Source: Vitrella brassicaformis CCMP3155 (taxonomy: Eukaryota > Protista > Chromerida). From it: DNA of 53,745 nucleotides. Position 1 is the stretch's first letter; the number at the start of each line of letters is the position of its first letter. The notes below the pieces were generated by a model that had not been told where the DNA came from, searched no databases, and saw only the letters and a program-made list of their open reading frames with translations. Position numbers and translations under genes: made by a program. The stretch lies in NCBI GenBank assembly GCA_001179505.1, contig CDMY01000548.1:1-53745 (forward strand). Reading direction: 5' to 3'. Positions 36,761-48,387 of the stretch are shown here, one piece after another.

Positions 36761-38200
36761 TCAGACAAACAATCTGAAACGTATGGTGTCGGAAGGAGGT
36801 ACGTACACATGATACGTATACGCGTCATGATCGGCCGGATACACTTGTGAGTCATCAGTCACCGCCCACGATCGTGCAGAGTCTTCGTTCGAGGTGCATG
36901 TGTGTGTAGTGACGGCCAGCTTCTGTGCATGTCTCTCACTCTTTCTCTCTCTGCGTGGGTGTGCATGTGTGCGGAACCGAAATACACGCACTGTCAATCA
37001 ACGTGAGGGTGTCAAATCGCCGACTTACTCTCTCTTCCTACCGCGTCAAAAACGTGGAGCACAAACCGATCATGTTGCATGGCTGACGAACAACCCGAAA
37101 AAGTCAGCCATATGGGTGGGTGTACACACGCTACATANNNNNNNNNNNNNNNNNNNNNNNNNNNNNNNNNNNNNNNNNNNNNNNNNNNNNNNNNNNNNNN
37201 NNNNNNNNNNNNNNNNNNNNNNNNNNNNNNNNNNNNNNNNNNNNNNNNNNNNNNNNNNNNNNNNNNNNNNNNNNNNNNNNNNNNNNNNNNNNNNNNNNNN
37301 NNNNNNNNNNNNNNNNNNNNNNNNNNNNNNNNNNNNNNNNNNNNNNNNNNNNNNNNNNNNNNNNNNNNNNNNNNNNNNNNNNNNNNNNNNNNNNNNNNNN
37401 NNNNNNNNNNNNNNNNNNNNNNNNNNNNNNNNNNNNNCTGACACACACACACACACACATCACATCGTCAGACAAACAATCTGAAACGTATGGTGTCGGA
37501 AGGAGGTACGTACATGTGATACGTATACGCGTCATGATCGGCCGGATACACTCGTGCATAGTCTTCGTTCGGGGGGCATGTGTGTGTAGTGACGGCCAGC
37601 TTCTGTGCATGCAAAAAAAAAAAAGCCATCCTCAGCGTGCGTGTGCATGTGTGCGGAACCGAAACACACACACTGTGCTGTGCGAGGACAGGCAGCGTGT
37701 TGGTGACCTGAGCGTCGTAGTTCTCTGACAACCCGGTGAGGACCTCTTTCTGCTCGTCAGACATGGCATCGAGGCTTGTGCTGACACACACACACACACA
37801 CATCACATCGTCAGACAAACAATCTGAAACGTATGGTGTCGGAAGGAGGTACGTACATGTGATACGTATACGCGTCATGATCGGCCGGATACACTCGTGC
37901 ATAGTCTTCGTTCGGGGGGCATGTGTGTGTAGTGACGGCCAGCTTCTGTGCATGCCTCTCTCTCTCTCTCTCTCTGTCAGCGTGCGTGTGCATGTGTGCG
38001 GAACCGAAACACACACACTGTCAATCAACGTGAGGGTGTCAAATGGCCGACTTACTCTCTCTTCCTACCGCGTCAAAAACGTGGAGCACAAACCGATCAT
38101 GTTGCATGGCTCCCGAACAACCCGAAAGCGGCTAAAGTCAGCCATATGGGTGGGTGTACACACGCTACATATATATATAACGTCACGCAAAACACACGCA
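36761..38200. repeat. Three copies of a ~340-bp unit, with a captured exon fragment at about 37670-37790
   Basis: tcagacaaacaatctgaaacgtatggtgtcggaagg occurs at 36761, 37468 and 37811. Confidence 0.85.
37138..37437. other. 300-N assembly gap
   Basis: Run of N. Confidence 0.95.
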
Positions 38201-39854
38201 CACGCACTATATATACATGTGTATATGTGTATGTGTATACCGATATAGCAGTCGGTAAGCATGCACTCACGTATACAGATAGGCACATAGATAGGCCCCC
38301 GCAATCGCTCAACGGGCGACCGGCACTCAGTTTGCTGGCACACGTGCACATCCGCCGGTCAGCCATTCGGTTCTGAGCACACAACGCGTCGCATCCTCCC
38401 GCAGCCCACTGCAGCCCATGCACAGAGTGAGGGAGGACATGCACTCGGTCAATCCACTCAATCAGTCAGTCAGTCGGCCATCCATCCATCCATCCATAAA
38501 TACACGCACCCCACACGCACCAACCGACACCGGCCACCGACCGACGACCTGACACATGTCTCGTGAGTGTGTCCTCTCTCTGATGTGCTGCACGTGTGAA
38601 GCATGGCGCGCGGTCCGGGGAGGCAAACGGGCCATCATCCACTCACATGCATCACGACACGAAAATCAGCAGCCAGACAGACAGACAGACAGTCAGGCAG
38701 GCAGGCAGGCAGCCCAGCAGCGGATGAAACAGGCAGGCGGACACACATCACATATCACACACTGACGTACATACATGATATGTGTCCACGGCGAGCACAA
38801 ATGAGTGGCTACGGTGTGTGCATCTCTACGTGTGAACGTGTGTGTGTGTCTGTCTGTCTGCGTCAGTCAGGTTCAAATACTGAGAGAGGGACAGCTGGAT
38901 TGTGGGTCGCACCAACACCCGGCCCACCTGCCCCTCACTCACACATCAATACTGACAGCCAGAGAGAGAGAGAGAACAAAGCATGCACGTAGAGCTCCGC
39001 TGCTGTCAGGCACACACGCAATGCACGAGACCACAGAGGGCCGTGCAGAATACATAGGGACAATCACATCGAGCATACGATATTAATTACTCACGGCGAA
39101 TGAATACCCAGACAGAAATCGAGACAGACAGACAGACAGACACGCCTGACCTCCCCGCACCAGCAGCACAAAACACCCAGGATCAAAAAGCATTGAGTGG
39201 CCGTCCCCCCTCCCTGTGTAAGGATCATATGCAGCCGTGACCACACCGGTGCGTGGTCCACGCCACGTTCCTCTTGTAGATGGTCAGCCAGGCAGTCGAT
39301 ACACGCACCACACCGCACCACACCACACCATGGCACGGCACGGCAAAAATGCGGCTCATCCCATCCCTCCCCACTTGACACACACGTAAGCACATCCATG
39401 CACACGGGCAGCCAGACAGACAGGGAAGCACCGGTCAGTCCACAGACACTCACTGACCGCATTCAGCACATGTATGTGTGTATGTAAGTGTGCACGGGCG
39501 ATAGTCACATTTCACAACACAAAATGCCAATCAATCCATCCGGCCCCTCCGATCGATCGACCCATCAGCCAGCCAGCCAGCCATTCAACCCAACACACAC
39601 CGACACACCACACGAAGAAAAGCGCTTGAAAGAAGCGATAAGATAAACGGGCGGACAGCCGTCCAGCCAGCCTTTCGTCAGCACACACTGTCACTCTTAT
39701 GATACGGCACACCACTCACTCACTCACTCACTGGACACTCAGGTGATGACTGGATGGACGAGCACTCAGGCAGGCAGTGAGGCAGCCAGTCAGTGACCCA
39801 CCCACTCACTCAACGACTCAGGGGCCTCCGCTCCTCCATTGTCCTGGGGTATCT

Positions 39855-40436
39855 TTAGGATGCTCGTCTTTCACGTTGAAGCTCGTGGTGTCTTTCCCTT
39901 TCGTCTGGTCGTTTCAGCGTCCGCCTTCGTAGTTGTCGCTTGTCGATTGATGATGGTGCCTGTGTAAGGATGAGCAGCGTGTCGCCACGCACATCAAGTG
40001 TGCCTTTCTGTTTAGTTGTGTTTTACTGACCTCAGCCTGGACCTCGTAGATCTCTGACAACTCGGTGAGGACCTCTTTCTGCTCGTCAGACATGGCATCG
40101 AGATTCGGGCTGACAAACACAACCATGCAGACACGCAGATCCAATCCACAGTGCACAGCTCCTGCCTGCTTGTCTCCCTGCCTTCTGTTCTCACCCATCT
40201 GTCGTTCTTGGGCGCATCACCTGGCTCGTCGTCGAGGGCATCTTGGTGCACCTCAGCCACAGACTCACCAGGCAGATCACCGCCCTCACACACAACTGCA
40301 CTCACACACGCGACACGGTCAGCGTGAAGTGAGCACCTGCGGTCTCCGTGTTGTCTGGGCCCTGCAGCTCACCTGTGTTGATGCTGAGCAGGCAGACCAG
40401 GGCCGCGAGGCCAAGCAGCAGCCAGTGGCGCACCAT
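39855..40436 (-). pseudogene. Frameshifted paralog of the 47717-48387 small secreted RxLR-type precursor
   Basis: Signal MVRHWLLLGLAALVCLLSINT. A 5-nt deletion at the end of exon 2 breaks phase. The last exon reads RQLRRRTLKRPDERERHHELQRERRAS*. Confidence 0.6.
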
Positions 40437-40459
40437 CTGCAATAGGAGAACAGTGTTCA

Positions 40460-40770
40460 CCTTGGGCTTTGGCTTGGCTTTGCTTTGCTTTGCTTGTCTC
40501 CTCCCCCTCGTCACCTTTGGCTTTGGCTTTGCTTTGCTTTGCTATGCTTGTCTCCTCCCCCTCGTCACCTTTGGCTTTGGCTTTGGCTTTGCTTTGCTTT
40601 GCTTTGCTTTGCTTTGCATTGACCTTTCCCTCCCTCGTGGCCTTTCGCCTTGGGCCTTGCTTTGGTTTGCTTTGCTTTGCTTGGCTTTGCTTTGCTTTGC
40701 TTTCCGTGTCTCCTCTCCCTCGTCACCTTTAGCTTTGGCTTTGGCTTTGGCTTTGCTTTGCTTGGGGCCC
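40460..40770. repeat. (GCTTT)n pentamer-rich repeat
   Basis: Runs of gctttgcttt with three tctcctccc..tcgtcaccttt subunits. Similar pentamer tracts recur at about 45400-45620. Confidence 0.9.
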
Positions 40771-41220
40771 GTGGGGCCAGGTGAATTTGCGAAGGTTTGT
40801 CTGGTAGCGTACGCGTGCGAAGCACAGCGATCGCGTACATACGCGCCGCGTGCGGGAGCGACCCGATCGACATACGCCGTCTCCGGCTCGCACCTGCGCT
40901 TGGCGAGGCAAGCGCATCCACGTGTTTTTCTCGCACCCACGTGTTGTTGTTTTTGTCGCACGGGCACCCACACACACCCGCACCCGTCCTCGGAGACCAG
41001 GGAGGCGCCCCGTGACGCGGGGGGCGTCTCAGCGAAACGAGGGACGATGCCAATCGTCAACTACCCTCTGAGCGCCGGAGTGCCCTGCCCGCCCCTCCAG
41101 CTCCCTCGTCACGAGGTTCAGAAAGCCGTCGAGGGCGTCTCCGACCCCCTGCTGCTGGATCCGCCGTCTTCGACGCCCTTGCTGCTGATCCGCCGTCTCC
41201 GACGCCCCCCTTGCCGGAGC

Positions 41221-41400
41221 CGTCGAGTTCAACGCCCCGGCTGCTGGATCCATCGACTTCAACGCCCCGGCGGCTGGATCCATCGACTTCAACGCCCCGG
41301 CTGCTGGATCCATCGACTTCAACGCCCTGGCTGCTGGATCCATCGACTTCAACGCCCCGGCGGCTGGATCCATCGACTTCAACGCCCCGGCGGCTGGATC
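41221..41400. repeat. 30-bp minisatellite, 6 copies
   Basis: Unit catcgacttcaacgccccggctgctggatc. Confidence 0.95.
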
Positions 41401-41559
41401 CATCAAACCCTGCCGATGTCTCGGCGCCATCAACCATCATTAGGCAGACACTCACAAGAATGAACCCGACAACCCAACGCTATCGAATTGAAAACAAGAA
41501 CGCAAATCACCAGGAACAATGTCGCATGCGCACGCGCACGGGCACGTGACAATCACCCC

Positions 41560-42290
41560 GCAAGGGCCGTGGCAGGTCTACCCTTGCTGGGGCCGCCAGA
41601 TAACAGCCACGCGCACGGCAACAGCCACGCGCACGGCAACCAACTTGTCGGGGGTCACACACCTTGCACAAGGCCGCCCGCACGCGCAAGGCCACATTGC
41701 CGTGGGGCAAGTACACTCACAGACGGGCGGTTCCGCCCAAATGTACCCAACACACGCGCACGCGCACGCGCACAAGGTATCACCCGCAAGGGCCGCGGCA
41801 GGTCCACCCTTGCTGGGGCCGCGAGATAACAGCCACGCGTACGGCAACCAACTTGTCGGGGTCACACACCTCGCACAAGGCCACCCGCACGCGCAAGGCC
41901 ACCTTGCCGCGGGCCAAGTCCACTCACAGATGGGCGGTTCAGCCCAAATATACCCAACACACGCGCACGCGCACGCGCACAATGTCTCACCCGCAAGGGC
42001 CGCGGCAGGTCCACCCTTGCTGGGGCCGCTAGATAACAGCCACGCGCACGGCAACAGCCACGCGCACGGCAACCAACTTGTTGGGGTCACACACCTCGCA
42101 CAAGGCCACCCGCACGCGCGAGGCCACCTTGCCTCGGGCCAAATACACTCACAGACGGGCGGTTCCAGCCCAAATGTACCCAACACACGTGCACGCGCAC
42201 GCGCACAATGTATCACCCGCAAGGGCCGCGGCAGGTCCACCCTTGCGGGGGCCGCAAGACAAGGGCCGCGGCAGGTCTACCCTTGTCCCC
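41560..42290. repeat. About 3.5 copies of a 207-225-bp repeat
   Basis: caacttgt.ggggtcacac recurs at about 41641, 41849 and 42075. Confidence 0.9.
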
Positions 42291-42339
42291 CGAATCGCAA
42301 ACAACGCGTTCACCTACGGGTAACACTGCTCGAGGACGC

Positions 42340-43220
42340 CTTCGCGGCCAGGGGCGTTGCGGCGATGAGGCCTTCGCGGCCAGAAGCATTGCAAGCGGCA
42401 TTGACTGCTCGATGAGGCCTTCGCGGCCAGGGGCATTGCGGGATTGACTGCTCGATGAGGCCTTCACGGCCAGGAGCATTGCAAGCCGGCCTTCGCGGCC
42501 AGGAGCATTGCGGGACTCACTGCTCGATGAGGCCTTCGCGGCCCCTGTGAGGCCTTCGCGGCCCCTGTGAGGCCTTCGCGGCCAGGGGCATTGCGGGATT
42601 GACTGCTCGATGAGGCCTTCGCGGCCAGGAGCATTGCTAGTGGGATTGACTGCTCGATGAGGCCTTCGCGGCCAGGGGCATTGCGGGATTGACTGCTCGA
42701 TGAGGCCTTCGCGGCCAGGAGCATTGCAAGCGGGAATGACTGCTCGATGAGGCCTTCGCGGCCAGGAGCATTGCGGGACTCACTGCTCGATGAGGCCTTC
42801 GCGGCCAGGAGCATTGCAAGCGGGAATGACTGCTCGATGAGGCCTTCGCGGCCAGGAGCATTGCTAGCGGGATTGACTGCTCGATGAGGCCTTCGCGGCC
42901 AGGGGCATTGCTAGCGGGATTGACTGCTCGACGAGACCTTCGCGGCCAGGAGCATTGCTAGCGGGATTGACTGCTCGATGAGGCCTTCGCGGCCAGGGGC
43001 ATTTATCGACTGCTCGATGAGGCAGGAGCATTGCGGGATTGACTGCTCGATGAGGCCTTCACGGCCAGGAGCATTGCAAGCGGGATTGACGGCTCGACGA
43101 GGCCTTCGCGGCCAGGAGCATTGCAAGCGGGATTGACTGCTCGATGAGGCCTTCGCGGCCAGAAGCATTGCGACCGGAACTGACTGCTTGGTGAGGCCTT
43201 CGCGACAAGGGGGCTTTGCG
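42340..43220. repeat. 43/47-bp minisatellite, about 17 copies
   Basis: gactgctcgatgaggccttcgcggccagg.gcattgc units at 42601, 42648, 42691, 42738, 42781, 42828, 42875, 42922, 42969 and others. Confidence 0.95.
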
Positions 43221-43319
43221 AGATTGATTGTTCGATGGGGCCAGGGCGGCCCGGGGTATGGCGGGATTGACGGCTCGAACGCCACACCCATCTATTCACG
43301 CATCGGCGCTCGTACACGT

Positions 43320-44130
43320 CCACCCATCGGCGTCAAGCGCCGCACACAATCAGCCATCGGCGTCAAGCGCCGCACATAATCACCCATCGGCGTCAAGCGC
43401 CGCACAGAATCACCCGTCGGCTTCAAGCGCCGTACACAATCACCCATCGGCGTCAAGCGCCGCACACAATCAGCCTTCCGCGTCGAGCGCCATAGAAACT
43501 CACCGGCTACGGGCATTGCGAGACCGTCTTCATAGGCCATCGCGTCCCGTGCACTGCGAGACTGACTATTTGACGAGGCCATCGCGGCCCGGGGATTGAG
43601 GGACTGACAGTTCCATAAGGCCATCGCGGCCATTGGCTCGGTCAGACTGACTCTTCGCGACCCGAGAGGGGAGAGGGGTTCGAGGGGGCGCACACAGCGC
43701 CGTACACAATCACCCATCGGCACCAACCGCCGCACATAATCACCCACCGGCGCCAACCGCCGCACGGAATCACCCATCGGCGTCAAGCGCCGCACACAAT
43801 CAACCATCGGCATCAAGCGCCGCACACAATCACCCACCGGCGCCAACCGCCGCACGGAATCACCCATCGGCGTCAAGCGCCGCACACAATCAACCATCGG
43901 CATCAAGCGCCGCACACAATCAGCCATCGGCGCCAACCGCCGCACGGAATCACCCATCGGCGTCAAGCGCCGCACACAATCAGCCATCGGCATCAAGCGC
44001 CGCACACAATCAGCCATCGGCGTCAAGCGCCACATAATCACCCACCGGCGTCAAGCGCCGCACAGAATCACCCGTCGGCGTCAAGCGCCGCACACAATCA
44101 GCCATCGGCGTCGAGCGCCATATAAACTCA
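43320..44130. repeat. 30-bp minisatellite, about 20 copies in two blocks (43320-43500 and 43700-44130)
   Basis: Unit catcggcgtcaagcgccgcacacaatcacc. Confidence 0.95.
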
Positions 44131-46195
44131 CCAGTCGGCGCCGTCGAGGCCCGAGACATTGCGGAACATAGTCGTCACGGACCGTAAACGTTTACATTGC
44201 GAGATTGACGGGCGATAGGCCTATTGCATCCTGGGACGTGGCCGGGGTCGAGTATTGGATGAGGCCATCACGGCCCGATTCACTTCTCAAGTCATGGCGA
44301 CATTGGCTATCCGACGAGGCCATGACTGCCCGAGTCATCGCCACACTGACGATTTGAAGCTGCCATCGCATTGCCGGAGGGCCAGTGTGATAGCGCCATC
44401 ATGGCCCGAAACCGAGTCAGACTGCTCGAGCGGGCCAACACGCACGTTCGAACGCGAGACGTGCAACGCTTCCCTGGGGCTGTCGTAAGGGGTCACTCAC
44501 GGACGAGTTCATACATATCCAGAGGGAGGCACGCAATGCTGCAGATTCACTGTTTACTCGCCGAAAAGCACATCTCTCTTGCGGTCTCACGCACCATTGA
44601 ACCATTTCGGGAATCTCACCCGACCGAAAGTCAGGGGGACTCAGAGGCGCACTCAACGAGAAGCCTCACTCGCCGAGGGAGGGCATGTTATGCTTTTGCG
44701 TCTCGGACACTCTGCGCACGGTACGTCGCACGGTTGCCGTCGAGAATTCGATCGTTGGCGCATCACGCTTGTCGGCGAGCACAAGCCCCGACGAGAGGGC
44801 ATGTTCAGCTTGGGTGTCTCGGATGTCTGAAACACCCAAATATGTTCGGTACGTCGGACGGTCGCCGTCGAGCCTCTGATTCGTGAGCACAAATCCTGAA
44901 AGAGAGCTACTCACACGTCGGCATACTCCGCTGCTGTCACATTACAATCCACGCGCACCTCGATTTCACACCCTCGTGTCTCACCAGTCTCTCACCAGAT
45001 CAAGGAGGCAACCGGAGTGGGGTTGTCATCCACCACCCCACTCGCTCCCACTCACGGTCTTCTGAGTAATTCACATAACGGGATTTACCACAGGAAGAAT
45101 CCACATACAGATACTCTTGGGTGGCCAGCACACCCGTAGGGCACACCTGTTTCGGCTCTGCAAACTCACTTACTCGCCGAAGAGACACATCCATCTCAGC
45201 TCATGTCGGGTACCTCCAACTTACGGCCACAGGTCATGGCAAATCGCTCACGCTTCCGAGGGTACATGGGGTGCACGATTCACCGGACGAGACAGGCGTC
45301 TCACTCGCTTACTGAGGAGACGAACTGACCTCTTACTCGCTGGATCGGACGGCGACGACGGGCAGTCGGCGCGACGCTGTGGGAAGCGGAGCGCGCCGAG
45401 CGTATGGCTTTGGCGAGCTTTGCTTGGCTTTGGCGAGCTTTGCTTGGCTTTGTCACGGACCCATTCGGCTGGCCCCCAACTTTTCACTCAGCGCTTTGAG
45501 CACAGAGAGGGCTTTGCTCTGCTTCGCTTTGCTCTGCTTCGCTCATTGACCCTCCAGAGGAAAGGTTTGTCCGTTGGTTTGCTTTGCTTGGGCCGGTTTG
45601 CTAGGTTTGCTTTGGGGGCTGTAGCCGTTGCACTCTTGGAGGAAGTTTGTTGCTGGCATTGCCGTCCATTGCCATCAATAGACACTCGATCGATGCGCTT
45701 GAGTTGCGCCGCCGTGATTTGCAGAGAGAATTCACTCAGTCACTCATCGGATGCAAAGCTGTCCATCCGATCATTGACAGGTGATTCACGATCACCGCCA
45801 GAGTCTCACAACCACATCATGATCTCACACATGAACCCTCCACCCTGTTATTGAATGAGTCGTGGGCACTATAGGAAGGTGCCGGGCCTCTCCTCTCCTC
45901 TCTCCTCCTCTCTGTGTGGCACTGGCGTACACAAGTCAATCAACATGATAGTGCCAAGCCGCGGAATTCCCCTCTCCCCCGATGTCAAAACGTGTCACGT
46001 GTCCGTGGACATATGGTACGCTTACGGCTCTACCCAACGCGCGTACACAGGCAAGTGCGCAAGTGCGTGGATGCACACACGCCACCACACACACGAGGAT
46101 ATATCACGTCACAGACACAAGCAAACTATATCAATAATCATAGACGTGCGTATATATAGCAGTCGGTAAGCATGCACTCACGTATACAGATAGGC

Positions 46196-46495
46196 NNNNN
46201 NNNNNNNNNNNNNNNNNNNNNNNNNNNNNNNNNNNNNNNNNNNNNNNNNNNNNNNNNNNNNNNNNNNNNNNNNNNNNNNNNNNNNNNNNNNNNNNNNNNN
46301 NNNNNNNNNNNNNNNNNNNNNNNNNNNNNNNNNNNNNNNNNNNNNNNNNNNNNNNNNNNNNNNNNNNNNNNNNNNNNNNNNNNNNNNNNNNNNNNNNNNN
46401 NNNNNNNNNNNNNNNNNNNNNNNNNNNNNNNNNNNNNNNNNNNNNNNNNNNNNNNNNNNNNNNNNNNNNNNNNNNNNNNNNNNNNNNNNNNNNNN
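46196..46495. other. 300-N assembly gap
   Basis: Run of N. Confidence 0.95.
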
Positions 46496-47716
46496 CTTCA
46501 CAGACGCCATCCAGCTATTCATACACGCACTCCCTACTCCTTTCTGGCCATGTGTGTGTCCATGGCTGCCTACGAGCACAAATGCGTGATTCTACGGTGT
46601 GTCCATCTCTACGTGTGTACGTGTGTGTATGTGAAGGTCTGCCTGTCTGTCTGTCTCTCTGCAGTCACGTAGACATACTGAGAGAGGGACAGCTGGACGG
46701 TCGGTCAGCCGCACCGACACTTGGGCCACCTGCCCCCCACTCACCCACCCACTCACACAGCCAGCCAGAGGGAGAGAGGAAGCACACAAGGGAACACACA
46801 CCACATGTCTCACACGCCATGCACTCTTTACTGACCATGTGTCCATCCCTGTACAAAACAGTGGATCATGTGCAGGCATGGCCACATGTGTGTGTGACGT
46901 GTTCCCATATCTGTCTGTCTGGCTGCCTGCCTGCCTGCCTGTCTGGCTGTCTGCGTCAGTCAGGTTGAAATGCTGAGAGAGAGACAGCTGGACGGTCGGT
47001 CACCCACCTGCCCCTCACTCACACAGTCCGACAGCCAGCCAGCCAGCCAGCCAGCCACACAGACCAAGCAAGAAGGGCGGAATGACTTCACTAAACGATT
47101 CTCGGCTACTGACTGTAAGGCAGATACGTTTGAGTATGTGGTGCATGTATACGCGTGTACACTTTCCTTCCATACGCTGGGTAAACAGGCAGTCAGACAG
47201 ACAGTCAGACAGGCAGGCAGACAGACAGGTAGGCAGACAGACAGTCAGGTAAATGATACAACATGTCTGACTTGGTCACATGCAACGGGCAGCCAGGCAG
47301 ACAAGGAAGCACCAATCAGTCCACAGACGCCCACTCACGGCATTCAGCATACACACGTATGTATGTATTTGTGTGTGTGTGTATGCAGGTGTGCAACAAC
47401 AACAAAGTGTCAATCAATCGTCACAAGACCCAGGCATCCATCCATTCGATCGGTCACTCACCCAAGCCACACGCGTAACCAGCCAGCCCACGAAGAAAAA
47501 CGCCTCGAGAGGAAGCGACCGGCCAGACAGCCTTTCCCCAACACTGCCCTTCATATGATATGGCACACCACTCATTCACTCACTAGATGGCACACCAATC
47601 ATCCAGTCACTCACTTCACTCGCTCACTGGGCAGACAGCTGACATTTGAATGGAAGGGCGCCCAAGCAGCGAGTGAATCGGCAAGTTGATAACCGAGTGA
47701 GTGGGCCATCCACTCA

Positions 47717-48387
47717 TCAAGGTCCGCCCGACCTGAGTATCGCTGGACCTCCGCCTCCTGTCCCGCCGCCTCCTCCCCCACCTTCACCTCCCCCTGCTGC
47801 CCCACCTTCCTCCTCCTCCTCTTCCTCCTCCTCCTCCTCCTCTTCTTCTTCTTCTTCTTCCTCCTCCTCCCCCTCTTCCTCCTCTTCCTCCTCTTCGTCC
47901 CGCAATCCCCTCCCTCGCAGGCGTCGCTGCTTGATTGATGGCTTGGGCTGTGCGAGGACAGGCAGCGTGTTGCCGACCTGAGCCTCGTAGTCCTCTGACA
48001 ACTCGCTGAGGACCTCTTTCTGCTCGTCAGACATGGCATCGAGGCTTGTGCTGACAGACACCAGCCATGCAGAGACACACACGTCTCATCGACACTGCAC
48101 AGTCCCTGCCTGCTGCCGTCCTCACCCGTCTGTCGGTTTGTTCTCCGGCGCATCCTCTGCCTCATCGTCGAGGGCTAAGGGGTCGAGGGCATCTTGATGC
48201 ACCTCAGCCACAGACTCACCAGGCAGATCACCGCCCTCACACACAACTGCACTCACACACGCGACACGGTCAGCGTGAAGTGAGCACCTGCCGTCTCCGT
48301 GTTGTCTGGGCCCTGCAGCTCACCTGTGTTGATGCTGAGCAGGCAAACCAGAGCCACGAGGCCAAGCATCACCCAGTGGCGCACCAT
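47717..48387 (-). CDS. Small secreted precursor: acidic pro-region, RRLRG motif, then a poly-Glu/poly-Gly peptide
   Basis: Phase-consistent 4 exons: MVRHWVMLGLVALVCLLSINT / VVCEGGDL..ENKPTDG / TSLDAMSDEQKEVLSELSEDYEAQ / RRLRGRGLRD(E)n(G)n. Confidence 0.7.

Noticed and set aside
40542-41060. Histone H1-like AKQSK/KAK protein
   Set aside because: The repeats derive from a 5-bp microsatellite that yields similar text in all frames.
41029-41433. ORF with MDPAAGALKS repeats
   Set aside because: It is explained by the 30-bp minisatellite, three frames are open, and no gene structure could be linked to it. Coding cannot be excluded.
42340-43220. Tandem hammerhead ribozymes (GATGAG-GCC-loop-GGCC resembles stem II)
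   Set aside because: The catalytic core is not intact: TCGATGA instead of CTGANGA, and AGGA instead of GAAA.
43292-44041. 249-aa ORF of MADCVRRLTP repeats
   Set aside because: A stop-free 30-bp unit leaves several frames open on both strands, there is no signal or splice support, and the phase shifts near 44040.
42340-44130. CRISPR array
   Set aside because: The repeats are contiguous with no unique spacers, there are no cas genes, and the context is eukaryotic.
8425-46672. ORFs containing long X runs
   Set aside because: They are artefacts of translating through the four 300-N gaps.
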